A DNA stretch of 64,000 bases from Candidatus Bathyarchaeota archaeon. Its GTDB lineage: Archaea; Thermoproteota; Bathyarchaeia; TCS64. The stretch spans positions 1-64,000 of the forward strand of contig CAVYLP010000002.1 of NCBI GenBank assembly GCA_963769425.1, read 5' to 3'. The notes below the pieces were generated by a model that was not told the origin of the DNA, made no database searches, and worked only from the letters and a program-made list of their open reading frames with translations. The position numbers and the translations under genes were made by a program. Below, in pieces: positions 18,843 to 28,705 of the stretch (its first letter is position 1; each line of letters begins with the position of its first letter).

Positions 18843-19331
18843 ATGTCGACTATCACACTCGACGACAAGGATCGGGAGATCCTCCGGATGCTCATGGACG
18901 ACGCTAAGGTGTCGGCGAAGGACATCAGTACCAAGATAGACTCACCGATAACCACCGTCTACAGCAGGATAAAGAGGCTCGAGGACTCAAGAGTCATAAG
19001 GGGCTACAAGCCCGTCCTCGACGCGGGTAAGCTGGGGAGGCCGACGACGGCTTTCATCTTCGTCAGCTTCACCTACCGCCCGCCGGGGATGGATAAGGAT
19101 CTGGACCAGAGGGAGGTCGCAAAGAAGGTTGGGAGGTTCCCCGAGGTCCAGGAGGTCCACATAATCACTGGGGACTGGGACTTCCTAGTCAAGGTGAAGG
19201 AGAAGGACGTGAACGCCGTGGGCAAGTTCGTCGTGGACAAGCTCAGGACGGTCCCTGGGATATCCAAGACACTCACCATCATGGTCTTCGACCCCGTGAA
19301 GGAGTCTATGGACGTCCCACTAGAGCCCTAA
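18843..19331 (+). CDS. Lrp/AsnC family transcriptional regulator
   Basis: LDDKDREIL, RIKRLE..VI.GY, ITGDWDFL. Confidence 0.95.
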   Translation: MSTITLDDKDREILRMLMDDAKVSAKDISTKIDSPITTVYSRIKRLEDSRVIRGYKPVLDAGKLGRPTTAFIFVSFTYRPPGMDKDLDQREVAKKVGRFPEVQEVHIITGDWDFLVKVKEKDVNAVGKFVVDKLRTVPGISKTLTIMVFDPVKESMDVPLEP

Positions 19332-19367
19332 CCCTCTTATAACGAGTCGGAACCAATTTACTCGTCG

Positions 19368-20531
19368 GTGGCATCGGTTTTGGCTTCACGCTACAGAGAG
19401 CTGGGAGTTGACGTGAGCAAGCCCGGCGTTGAGCGGTTCAAGGGCGGCATAGACGACCTATTCCCCGGCGCGTTCTGCGTTGTCTACCGGGACCCAAGCG
19501 ATACTTCCATGGGACTCGTCCTCCACACCGACTCGGCGGGGAGCAAGCCGATTCAAGCGTACCTCATGTACAAGGAGACCGGCGAAGCATCCTGGCTCAG
19601 TGGGCTCGCGCAGGACGCCCTCGCAATGAACATAAACGACGTCCTCTGCGTCGGCGCCGAGCCGGTGAGCTTCGTGGACTACGTTGCCTACAACACGCTG
19701 AACATCAACCGAGTCGCGATGCTCACCGCCCTCGCCGACGGATTCACCGAGTGTAAGAAGGTGCTCGCGGATGAGGGCTCCTCCATCGCATTCGCGGGGG
19801 GCGAGACCGCGGACCTACCAGACCTCCTCAGGACTCTTGATGTCTGCGTCACCATCCACGGGCGTGTAAAACTAAACAAGGTGATCTCGGGGGAGGCGGT
19901 TAAGCCAGGGGACGTCATCATCGGCCTTAGGAGCGGCGGGAAGGCCCGCTTCGAGAAGCGCGTAAACAGCGGGATAATGAGCAACGGCCACACCCTCGCG
20001 AGGACCAGTCTCCTCTCACCGAGTTACCTTAAGAAGTACCCGGAGATATCCCACCCCAGCAGGGGGAGGTACACGGGGAGATTCAGGCTTGATGACACAC
20101 CGGCGGGCCTCGGCGAGTCGGTGGGGGAGGCGCTACTACACCCCACTCGGCTATTCTCACCGATAGCATCGGCGATCCTCAGGGAAGTAGGCACGGGCGT
20201 CCACGGCATGGTCCACAACACCGGCGGTGGGCAGACGAAGTGCCTACGCGTCGGGAGTAATGTAAGGTACATCAAAGACAGCCTACTCGAGCCCGACCCC
20301 GTCTTCCACCTCATCAAGGGCGAGTCCGGCGTCGAGTGGAGGGAGATGTACCAGGACTTCAACATGGGCGTCGGCTTTGAGGTCACAGTCGGCCAAGGGT
20401 GTGTTGAGCGGGTCCTCCACGTAGCCGAGGGATTCGGCGTCGGCGCGCAGGTAATAGGGCGATGCGAGAAGTCCAGCGGGAAGAATTCCTTGGAAATTCG
20501 GTCGCCTTACGGCAATTTCCGATACGAATAG
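19368..20531 (+). CDS. purM: phosphoribosylformylglycinamidine cyclo-ligase (AIR synthase)
   Basis: Y..LGVD, D.AG.K, AMNIND, GGETAD, SNGHTLAR, HNTGGG, FNMGVG. Confidence 0.88.
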   Translation: MASVLASRYRELGVDVSKPGVERFKGGIDDLFPGAFCVVYRDPSDTSMGLVLHTDSAGSKPIQAYLMYKETGEASWLSGLAQDALAMNINDVLCVGAEPVSFVDYVAYNTLNINRVAMLTALADGFTECKKVLADEGSSIAFAGGETADLPDLLRTLDVCVTIHGRVKLNKVISGEAVKPGDVIIGLRSGGKARFEKRVNSGIMSNGHTLARTSLLSPSYLKKYPEISHPSRGRYTGRFRLDDTPAGLGESVGEALLHPTRLFSPIASAILREVGTGVHGMVHNTGGGQTKCLRVGSNVRYIKDSLLEPDPVFHLIKGESGVEWREMYQDFNMGVGFEVTVGQGCVERVLHVAEGFGVGAQVIGRCEKSSGKNSLEIRSPYGNFRYE

Positions 20532-20939
20532 TCAGTGTTTCCTTTCCTTGAAGTACTTCTTCATGGGCTCCCAATAGTAGTCCTTCCACCCCTGGTCTAT
20601 GTCTTCGGCCGCGTCCTCAGGGACACCCGAGTGGATCATCGTCAGCTCCGTCCCGCCCTTCGCTTCCTTCAGGCTGATCTCAAACCTGGACGGTGGCGCT
20701 CCCTCAGGGAAGTCGGTGGATGTCCATTCCTGCACTATCTTTTTACCCGGCTCAAGCTCAAGGTACTTTCCTGTTATGTACCCGTCCCAAGCCGTGAACT
20801 CGCCACCGACTCTCGAGTCGGAGGTGGCCTTGCTGCCAGTGAATTCGGTCTGCTTCTCCTCGTCGATATAGGCCTCGTAGACTTCTATCGGCGTTGCGGG
20901 GATTATGACCTTCTGCGTGATTTTAACAGTCTTCGCCAT
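20532..20939 (-). CDS. SRPBCC / AHSA1 domain protein
   Basis: VGGEFTAWDG, LEPGKKIVQEW, GTELTMIH, GWKDYYW. Confidence 0.9.
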   Translation of the reverse strand: MAKTVKITQKVIIPATPIEVYEAYIDEEKQTEFTGSKATSDSRVGGEFTAWDGYITGKYLELEPGKKIVQEWTSTDFPEGAPPSRFEISLKEAKGGTELTMIHSGVPEDAAEDIDQGWKDYYWEPMKKYFKERKH

Positions 20940-20996
20940 GTGTCGTCGCCTCGTGTTCCCAAAAGAAGGCCAGTTCATAAATCTTGAGAACGTGAT

Positions 20997-21753
20997 GTGG
21001 CAAGTTACTTATTCGAAGGCGGGCACCAGTCCACCGTTCCCACTTTGATCGGCGAAGGTAGAGCCGAGTTCATTGAGAAGCTCATCAATTCATGCAGGGC
21101 GCTCCACAGGGAGGTGCCCTCCGTCCATAACCCCAACCCGATGGGCCACTTCAGCGCGAGGATACCCGGGACGGACGAGAGAGTAATCAAGCCCCGAGAC
21201 GTGGCGTGGAACAAAGTCACCGATGATGATCTGATCACCTATACCCTCGACTATCGCAAGGTGTCGGGGCCCGACTACGAGATAGTCGAGATACCCATCC
21301 ATATCGAGTGTATCATAACAGAGCAGACGTTGCCGCAGTTGTACACACCCACCAGACCTATGCCACCCTCATGGGGACGCTCGGTCTCAAGTTGGAGCTA
21401 CTAGACCCGAGTACACTCGCTTTCACCAACGGGATACCAACCTACGACGAGGTCGATGACTCGACGTACTTCACCAAGGAGTGGGAACCCTGATACGGAA
21501 CGAGACTCAGGGAAGAATCGCAGCGAGGAAGATCGGCTCCTCAAGCGCCCTCATACTGAAGGCACACGGCCCTATCATCGTCGGGAGAAGCGTAGAGGAG
21601 GCATGCATGCTTACGATAGCCCTCGAGAACGCGGCGAAGTCACAGATAATGGCTGCTATGGTCTGCGGAAGCAGGCCCCCGATCGAGAGCTTGGGCATCG
21701 CCCCGCGCACCCCGTCCCCCAACCTCTGGAGATCGCTGCTCAGATCGTATTAA
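20997..21753 (+). pseudogene. class II aldolase/adducin family, frameshifted twice
   Basis: GHFSAR, E.PIH, VVHTH, LILKAHG motifs spread over three ORFs; shifts near 21310 and 21483. Confidence 0.8.
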
Positions 21754-21988
21754 TCATCGAGAATGAGACGCGGGGTGGGATTCCGATGCGGACGCGTCCG
21801 TGAAAGATCCCTGCGCCTAGATAACTCTCCGAAACGATATTTTTAGACGTTACCAAATCCAAGCTCGTGAACACGCATTAAAACGGGTCACTTCTTCCGC
21901 GGATGTTTATTGCTGACGCTTCCAATTTTCAAATCGGTGACCAACCTTATCCGAGTATAAAGAGACGTTAGCCGACATCAAGAAGACC

Positions 21989-22336
21989 ATGGGAGTCGTC
22001 CTAGATCAGTTTGAGGCGATCCCTAAAGACACCCTCCCACACGAGTGGGCGGAGATGAAGGCGTACTCCTTCGGTGAGACGAAGATCCCTGCCAAGTACC
22101 GTGAGCTCATGGGGCTAGCCGTGGCTGCATCGATTAAGTGCCCCTACTGCGTCCACTTCCACACCCGCGCGGCGAGGATGAATGGTGCGACGGACGAGGA
22201 GATTGCCGAGACGGCTTTCCTCACCCGCTTCACGACGGGGTGGAGCTCGATCCTTCATGCCTCGGACATCGACCTCGAAGATTTCAAGAAGCAATTCGCC
22301 GAGGTCGAGAAGTATATGAGTAAACACTCTAAATGA
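21989..22336 (+). CDS. carboxymuconolactone decarboxylase / AhpD-like protein
   Basis: IPAKYRELMGLAVA, KCPYC..FH, GATDEEI. Confidence 0.9.
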   Translation: MGVVLDQFEAIPKDTLPHEWAEMKAYSFGETKIPAKYRELMGLAVAASIKCPYCVHFHTRAARMNGATDEEIAETAFLTRFTTGWSSILHASDIDLEDFKKQFAEVEKYMSKHSK

Positions 22337-22430
22337 GGATGTGGCGTTTTCAACGCAATAGCAATCTCCGTGATAGACGTATTTTTTCGGTTTAATTGAT
22401 GATCACTTAAGTCCCTACTAAACAGTTAGA

Positions 22431-22451
22431 GTAGTCTTAGTGTAACTCTGA
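22431..22451 (+). repeat. cassette-boundary repeat copy 1
   Basis: GTAGTCTTAGTGTAACTCTGA. Confidence 0.85.
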
Positions 22452-22871
22452 CTCCACCAGACTTATAACAGTGAAATATGAAAGACGCGCGCTACCTTTT
22501 TACAACGTGATCCTTAAAAAAATTAAGCTTTTATCGGGGCATCTTCAACCTTTTTGGGCGCGCGTAGAAGCCCATACCCTTTCAATTCCTTCTTATGGGC
22601 TTTTCTATCATGATCCTTCTTCTTAGTCATTCTACTCGTTGGCATACTTACAATTCACCCTTTCATGATATCTACGCGTGCGTGGCTATTATAGGTTCAG
22701 GACATATAGGAGCAGCGGGTGAATATGGTCCTTTATTTTTCAGATTATCTGAAACCTGACAAGGGAAGATTTGAAGATTTTCATAACTATGAACATGGGA
22801 CAATGTTTCCACTTTACCTCGTGAGGATGGGAGCACGTGTTTCAGGGCTCCTTTTCTCTAGTCGAAAATCA

Positions 22872-22893
22872 TAGTGCCTCAGTGTTACTCTGA
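22872..22893 (+). repeat. cassette-boundary repeat copy 2
   Basis: TAGTGCCTCAGTGTTACTCTGA. Confidence 0.85.
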
Positions 22894-22969
22894 TCTTACT
22901 GCACGTATATGCGGTTTAACATGCATGCTCAGACTAACACTATAGCCCCCCGAGGGGATAGCCGACGAG

Positions 22970-23956
22970 TCAGATACCGAGCATCTTGGCCGGGTTCACC
23001 GATAAAATCGCCTGCTTCTCCGAGCAAGTCAGACTCCCCAAGCTGTTGATCCAGTTAACTGAGTCCACCATCTCCATGGGGCAGGGGTAGTCCGTCCCGA
23101 ATACGACCCTATCGATCCCCACAGTGTCTATCAGGAATCGCAGAGTCGGTTCGCTGAAGGTGGCACAGTCGTAATAGAAGCTCCCCACGTAATGGCTCGG
23201 AGGCTGGGGGATCGACTGGCGGGCATCCTCACCGGCAGAGTACTCGACCATGTAGTCCAGCTTCTCCGCTTCCCAACCCTTGTCCATTCGTGCAACCCCG
23301 AAAGCAACATAGCCGCCTCCGTGTAGCAGACAAATCTTCAGCTTGGGGAAGCGATCGATGATCCCACCCTGCACGAGAGCCCCGAAGGTGAGGGTCCGCT
23401 CCACTAGGTTGCCCACGGTGTTCTCCAGGAAGTAGCGAGGGATCCGCTGCGCCACGATCGTGCTGCCCTGATGAAATTCAATGACGGCTCCCAGACGCTC
23501 GGCGGCCTCCCAGAATGGAAGGAACCGCGGCTCGTCCAGGGTATTCCCATTGACGTGGTCCTTTATAGTGACGCCCTTCAGCCCGAGATCGGCGACCACC
23601 CGCTCGAGCTCAGCCACCGATGCCGCCACGTCCTGCATGGGAAGAATGCCCAAGCCCACGAACCGGTCGGGATATTCATCGACCATAGCCGCCACCTCGT
23701 CGTTGCAGGCTCTTACCGCTACCTTGGTGAGCTTCGGGTCCCGGTCGTATTTGTTAAAGTCCCCGTAGACGGTGAGCGCCTGCATTCCCACCCCGAGTCG
23801 ATCCATGTCGGCGATCCGCTCCTCCAGTGTCCAATGGTTTCGGGGGTTCTCAAGCTCACCGTGCTCGGCGGTGAACCCGTGCCAACTGTGACCGGCTCGC
23901 ACCGCCTCCAGGAATGGACGCGGGTTCACATGGTTGTGGACATCGATGACTTTCAT
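22970..23956 (-). CDS. amidohydrolase family protein (ACMSD-like decarboxylase)
   Basis: IDVHNH, PDRFVGLG, HGGG, FGTDYP. Confidence 0.92.
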   Translation of the reverse strand: MKVIDVHNHVNPRPFLEAVRAGHSWHGFTAEHGELENPRNHWTLEERIADMDRLGVGMQALTVYGDFNKYDRDPKLTKVAVRACNDEVAAMVDEYPDRFVGLGILPMQDVAASVAELERVVADLGLKGVTIKDHVNGNTLDEPRFLPFWEAAERLGAVIEFHQGSTIVAQRIPRYFLENTVGNLVERTLTFGALVQGGIIDRFPKLKICLLHGGGYVAFGVARMDKGWEAEKLDYMVEYSAGEDARQSIPQPPSHYVGSFYYDCATFSEPTLRFLIDTVGIDRVVFGTDYPCPMEMVDSVNWINSLGSLTCSEKQAILSVNPAKMLGI

Positions 23957-24029
23957 TCGTTTCTCCTCACGGAGCCGCCAGATGCTCCAGCTCAAGTTAA
24001 CTGAGTCGCAGACGCCTTAAAATATAGAG

Positions 24030-24050
24030 GTAGCCTCAGAGTAACTCTGA
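24030..24050 (+). repeat. cassette-boundary repeat copy 3
   Basis: GTAGCCTCAGAGTAACTCTGA (perfect 7-1-7 palindrome). Confidence 0.9.
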
Positions 24051-24146
24051 CCCCATTGGACTTATATACAGTACAATATGAAAGATAAACGCCTCATATG
24101 CGGAAAAGATTACATAAGTACACTATACTAACTTGAGTGATGAGCT

Positions 24147-24431
24147 TTGGAGTCCACTATAATCGGAGTTATGGATAGAAGCCTCGACCTCTTCATAGGG
24201 GAGGACAACTTGGATAGGCTGGTTAAAGGCTGGGCTGTTTGGAAGGAAAACGGGGTAATCGATTCGGTGATTGACGCTGTGATTGGTCAGATATGGTCTT
24301 ATTTGGAGAATCAGTGGGCATTGCTTCATGGCAACCATGTGACATCTGATCAGGAGAGGGAGTTCACGAATTGGATGCGTAGGAATAGCTACCTCATTAG
24401 AAGTAAAGTTGAACTCGCCTGCGAGAGATGA
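24147..24431 (+). CDS. hypothetical protein
   Basis: 94-aa ORF, AT-richer codon usage, no recognised motif. Confidence 0.55.
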   Translation: MESTIIGVMDRSLDLFIGEDNLDRLVKGWAVWKENGVIDSVIDAVIGQIWSYLENQWALLHGNHVTSDQEREFTNWMRRNSYLIRSKVELACER

Positions 24432-24503
24432 AGTCCGCCTCTCCGCAATTCTGATCTACTTCTAATCATGGAAGAAAGAAAAAGAGGGGGGTTTAGATTG
24501 AGG

Positions 24504-24851
24504 CTATTTGGCTTCTTGGAACCAGTAGAATGTTGCAGGCTCGTTTCCCACGACCCAGCCATCATGCCCCGGCGGAATATCGACCACATCACCCGGACCC
24601 ATATCGATTTCCTGGCCATCGTCAGCTTTCACATGTAATTTACCTGACAACAATACTCCGAAATGGTGCATTTGACAAGACTTCGTTCCAGCGATGGCCT
24701 TCTGGTCTTTTGACCATCGCCACCCAGGTTGATACGTTTGCTTCAGAACAGACATATCGCCTATTTTGATGGTGTCTACCCTTGAATTTGGAGGCGTCTT
24801 CGTCTCATCAGGTTTCTGGAAATTCTTCTTTTGAAGAACCAAATTTTTCAC
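24504..24851 (-). CDS. cupin domain protein
   Basis: QPGWRWS, C..HH.G..SG, IPPGHD.WVVG.EP. Confidence 0.92.
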   Translation of the reverse strand: MKNLVLQKKNFQKPDETKTPPNSRVDTIKIGDMSVLKQTYQPGWRWSKDQKAIAGTKSCQMHHFGVLLSGKLHVKADDGQEIDMGPGDVVDIPPGHDGWVVGNEPATFYWFQEAK

Positions 24852-24967
24852 CCGATATTTTTTTCTGAATCCTAGATATTAAACGTATAATTTTCTGCGC
24901 GCGTGTTTGATTAGATACTCCGCGACCTTCGATATAGAAGAAACTAAAACGATGTAAGCATGTGATT

Positions 24968-25255
24968 TTAGATTTCTTTGGTTATCTTAATCATCAGGTC
25001 TGGAGAGAAGGCTCTGAATGTCTCTATTTTCAACAATCCCTTGCTTCCCCAACTAAGAACTGCCTTAGCCATCGTCTCTTCATCAGGAGCTTCCATTATC
25101 GAAACAACGTTATAAGGTCCATTCGTAAAAACTAAATTAGTTATCTTTACCCCGAATGATTCGAAGACACTCCTACTCTCCTTAATTGATGCTTCAAGAT
25201 CTTTGATGGTCTCGATTCGTTTCTGAGTAAACTTTCCTAGCATAACGAATTGCAT
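24968..25255 (-). CDS. GYD domain protein
   Basis: F.MLGKFT, GPYNVVSIMEAPD, ETFRAF. Confidence 0.85.
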   Translation of the reverse strand: MQFVMLGKFTQKRIETIKDLEASIKESRSVFESFGVKITNLVFTNGPYNVVSIMEAPDEETMAKAVLSWGSKGLLKIETFRAFSPDLMIKITKEI

Positions 25256-25380
25256 TATTTTTTCACCTGTTTAGGCGTTTGGAATCGTGAATAATAAACA
25301 AGTGTCGCAAACTCTTGTGTGAGCTGTGATGAGATTAAAACTCCTCAATAGGAATTGAACGGGCGCGCACTCACTGGACT

Positions 25381-25400
25381 TAGCCTCAGTGTAACTCTGA
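25381..25400 (+). repeat. cassette-boundary repeat copy 4
   Basis: TAGCCTCAGTGTAACTCTGA. Confidence 0.9.
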
Positions 25401-25656
25401 ATATTTCACACAAAACATCTGAGTATTTTCACATCTAAATATTTAGATTATTAATATTTTAAAAATAACCCTTAAATTCAACTTTTTAAAGCCATTCGAT
25501 ATTTGGCGTTGAGGTTTCTCAGGATATCATGGATTCGCTTTCGAGGAGAAGACTGTCGCAGGTAAGCCGAAGTTTACAAAAAGGTATGCATGTAAATAGC
25601 AAAAATTTAACCTGTTCCATCTTGTAATAAACGACAGTTTACAGATGTGGAGAGAT

Positions 25657-26163
25657 ATGATGACAAAAATTACCAACAATCCAAAGATCACAAACGAGGA
25701 ACTAGTCAACGTCAACAGAAGCGCCATCGAGCACCGCGCCACCTGGATGGGCCTCACCTACATGGAGGGGAAGAAGGCGGGTGCAGACGCGGAGAAGATT
25801 GCGCGAGCCGCCGTTGCCCAGACCGGGGGCATGCACGGCGCCGGATTCAAGTCCAAGATGAAGACTGCGGGAAAGATCGAGGAGTTCGCAGACGTCTTCC
25901 TCACGCCGCTGGGCATGAAGACCTTCGAGATGGAGGTCAAGACGAAGAACAAAGACGCCCTCGAGATCCAGTTCCACTACTGCCCACTCGTCGCCGCGTG
26001 GCTCAAGGCAGGCATTCCCAAGGAGGAGATCCCCACGCTTTGCGACATAGCGATGGATGGCGATCGCAACATCGCGAAGACCGTCGGCGCAGAGTTCAAA
26101 CTAGGCAAGACCATCGCCGCCGGCGACGCCATCTGCGAGGTCAATTTCTACAAGAAGAAGTGA
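25657..26163 (+). CDS. L-2-amino-thiazoline-4-carboxylic acid hydrolase family protein
   Basis: RSAIEHRA, FHYCPLV.AW, LCDIAMDGD, GKTIA.G...C. Confidence 0.85.
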   Translation: MMTKITNNPKITNEELVNVNRSAIEHRATWMGLTYMEGKKAGADAEKIARAAVAQTGGMHGAGFKSKMKTAGKIEEFADVFLTPLGMKTFEMEVKTKNKDALEIQFHYCPLVAAWLKAGIPKEEIPTLCDIAMDGDRNIAKTVGAEFKLGKTIAAGDAICEVNFYKKK

Positions 26164-26330
26164 TCAAACCGGATGCATGGGAGACGCGTCTGCCTAGTTA
26201 ATTTCATTTTAGTCGTCGAAAGAGGTTTTCTCGATATTTTTATAGTTTAACGATCTCTCGTTGCCCTACATCTACCGCTTTTTCAATTACGCGGCATTCA
26301 AGTTCGAGCCACTATAAAACATTCAAACGG

Positions 26331-26351
26331 GTAGCCTCAGTGTAACTCTGA
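26331..26351 (+). repeat. cassette-boundary repeat copy 5
   Basis: GTAGCCTCAGTGTAACTCTGA. Confidence 0.9.
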
Positions 26352-26555
26352 TCGCTCACGAATCGCTCTAATGCCTTCACATCATCGGCTGACAAACCTA
26401 TGAGCCGTCAGGATAAATAGGTTCCCCTAATTTTCATTTATAATAATGTATTAATTTTGTCTATTTAACCCTCGATTAACTAAGTGCAATTCAATATCCC
26501 TTAAAATTGCAGAAATAAATCCCAAGATGATTGCTTCATGGAGCACTAGCGCAGA

Positions 26556-27158
26556 TCACTGGATCATTATGCTCCGCCCGGAGCCCCTGTCTCGCTTCCT
26601 CTTGATTATCGTCTCAAGCACACCGTTCCTGTATGTGCTCGTCGCCGATTCGTCGTCCACCTCGAAGGGCAGCTCCAGCTCCTTGTGGTATCTGTGCTCC
26701 GGGTTCGTGACGTCGATGGTGAGCGATCTTTCCGTGGCGAAGAGCTGGATGTCTTCCTTCTCGACGCCGGGGAGCTCGGTGATAATCTTGACCTGTTCTG
26801 GCTCCTGGATGACGTCTACGAGGGGCTCACGCGCCTCCTGGAGGTTGAGTTGCCTCTTATCCTCCCCCGCGGATGGGTTCGGCTTCATGTTACCGAACTC
26901 GCGGACGACCGGCTTCCCATCCGGCCCTACCTTGACCGAGTAACCGTAGACGAATGGGCCGTACTCCTTCCTCACGGAGCCGTCGGGGAGGACATGCTCC
27001 TGCGCGAGATCATCAGGCACTTCCGCCTCGATCTCTTTGAAGAAGTCTGCCATCTCCTTCTCCATCTCCTCGACCATCCGCTCGAGGTCGGGGAAGAAGA
27101 AGGGCGACCCACGCTTTCTGCGCTTCTCCCACTCCTCCCAGAAAGACAAGTGCTGCAC
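26556..27158 (-). CDS. hsp20: archaeal small heat shock protein Hsp20
   Basis: GPFVYGYS..GPDGKP..REFGN, REPLVDV, ELPGV.KEDI, YRNGVLE. Confidence 0.95.
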   Translation of the reverse strand: MQHLSFWEEWEKRRKRGSPFFFPDLERMVEEMEKEMADFFKEIEAEVPDDLAQEHVLPDGSVRKEYGPFVYGYSVKVGPDGKPVVREFGNMKPNPSAGEDKRQLNLQEAREPLVDVIQEPEQVKIITELPGVEKEDIQLFATERSLTIDVTNPEHRYHKELELPFEVDDESATSTYRNGVLETIIKRKRDRGSGRSIMIQ

Positions 27159-27237
27159 CTTGTAGAGTGTGAAGACGCTCCCGTTTTAAGGGTATCCCGA
27201 GCAGCTTAAGAGGCTCCGCAGCGTAGAGCCAACTGCG

Positions 27238-28399
27238 ATGCCGATACTAGTGGCCTACAACGAGATAGCCCTCAAGAGCAGGTACGTCCGAGCGACATTA
27301 GAACGGAGGCTGGCAGCGCAGATCGAGTTCGTTCTGAGGAGGGAAGGTTATAACGAGGTTAGGGCTAGGAGGCAGTTCGGCAGGATAATAGTCAGCGGCG
27401 CGCCCGCGGAGGCTGCGAAGGTCGTAGCAAACATCTTCGGAGTGGTCCACGCCATCCCTGCGGAGGAGTCTAGTTCCGAGATCAACGATGTGGTAGCACT
27501 CGCCGTTAAGGTAGCAGGCACCGCACTGAAGCCCGGTTCAACATTCGCTGTCAGGCCTAAGGTCGTTGGCGATCAGCCGTACGGAAGCCATGATCTCGCC
27601 ATCAAAGTCTGGGGCGGCAATCAACGAGGCTCAAAAGGACAGAGGCGTGAAGGTGAACCTGACCTCACCCGACATTACAATTGGGATCGAGGTGAGGGAT
27701 AATGACGCCTACGCCTACTCAGGCAAGATCGATGGCGTAGGTGGCCTTCCATACGGATCCCAGGGCCGGGCCGTCTCCCTATTCAGCGGTGGCATCGATA
27801 GCCCGGTCGCGACGTGGTTGATAATGAAGCGGGGAGTTGAGACCCTCCCACTCTTCATGGACCAGACCCCATACGTAGGGGAAAGCTACCTCGTTCGAGC
27901 TAAAGAGACATTCACCTGGATGTCAAAGTACGCCCCAGCCGAGGGCTTCGCCCTATACTCGGCACCGATGGGCCCAGTCATGGAGAGGATACTAGATTCC
28001 CCCGAGCCCAGGTTCACCTGCGTCCTCTGCAAGCGCTCTATGTACAGGATAGCGGAGGAGTTCTGCAGGCACAAGAAGGCGAAGGCGATAGTGACGGGTG
28101 AGAGTATGGGGCAGGTGGCGAGCCAGACACTCGACAACCTATTCGTCCTAGACTCGGCCGTCAGTATCCCCCTCCTGCGTCCCCTCATAGGGCTCGACAA
28201 GGTTGAGATAGAGGACAAGGCAAGGATCATAGGCACCTACTCGCTGACCGCCCATAGGGTCGAAGGGTGTAAAGTTGTACCATCCACACCCGCCACGACG
28301 AGCAGAGTGGAGAAGATCGAGAAGATCGAGGCCTACCTTGGGTTGGTTGACCTCTGCGGTGAGGTCGCGAAGAAGATTGAGCGACTTTCCACGGGCTAA
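27238..28399 (+). pseudogene. thiI: tRNA 4-thiouridine synthase ThiI with one frameshift (real or sequence error)
   Basis: YNEIALKS and THUMP domain, then SGGIDSPVA, CVLCKR, TGES.GQVASQT, RPLIG; frame change near 27610. Confidence 0.85.
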
Positions 28400-28428
28400 A
28401 GATAAATTGCCGACCCCCATAGTTTGGG

Positions 28429-28701
28429 GTGGGTACAATCATGGCATTACCAGCCGATGCACTAAACGAGAGCGTTGACCTTGACTTCACCGAGATCGAG
28501 GAACACTGGAATACCTATCAGCTCAGCGACGGGACCAAGCTGAAGGTCAAGCTCATTGTTAGGGGTGTGAAGAGGCTCAACCAGTTTGAGCCTGACGGGA
28601 CCCCCGTCTACCTAATCAACTCCATGAACGTCGTGAGGGCGATCGACATCCCCCCCGCGGTCAAAGCGAAGCCGAAGAAGAGCAGCATGCCGCCGGTGTA
28701 G
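28429..28701 (+). CDS. hypothetical protein
   Basis: E.WNTYQLSDGTKLKVK, GTPVY; typical codon usage. Confidence 0.8.
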   Translation: MGTIMALPADALNESVDLDFTEIEEHWNTYQLSDGTKLKVKLIVRGVKRLNQFEPDGTPVYLINSMNVVRAIDIPPAVKAKPKKSSMPPV

Positions 28702-28705
28702 AACC

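Noticed and set aside
22490-22870. Short ORFs between repeat copies 1 and 2
   Set aside because: All under 60 aa with no recognisable motif; treated as debris.
22431-26351. CRISPR array or classical integron attC interpretation of the five repeats
   Set aside because: Spacing is 0.4-1.35 kb with whole genes between copies, no cas genes, and no RYYYAAC...GTTRRRY long hairpin.
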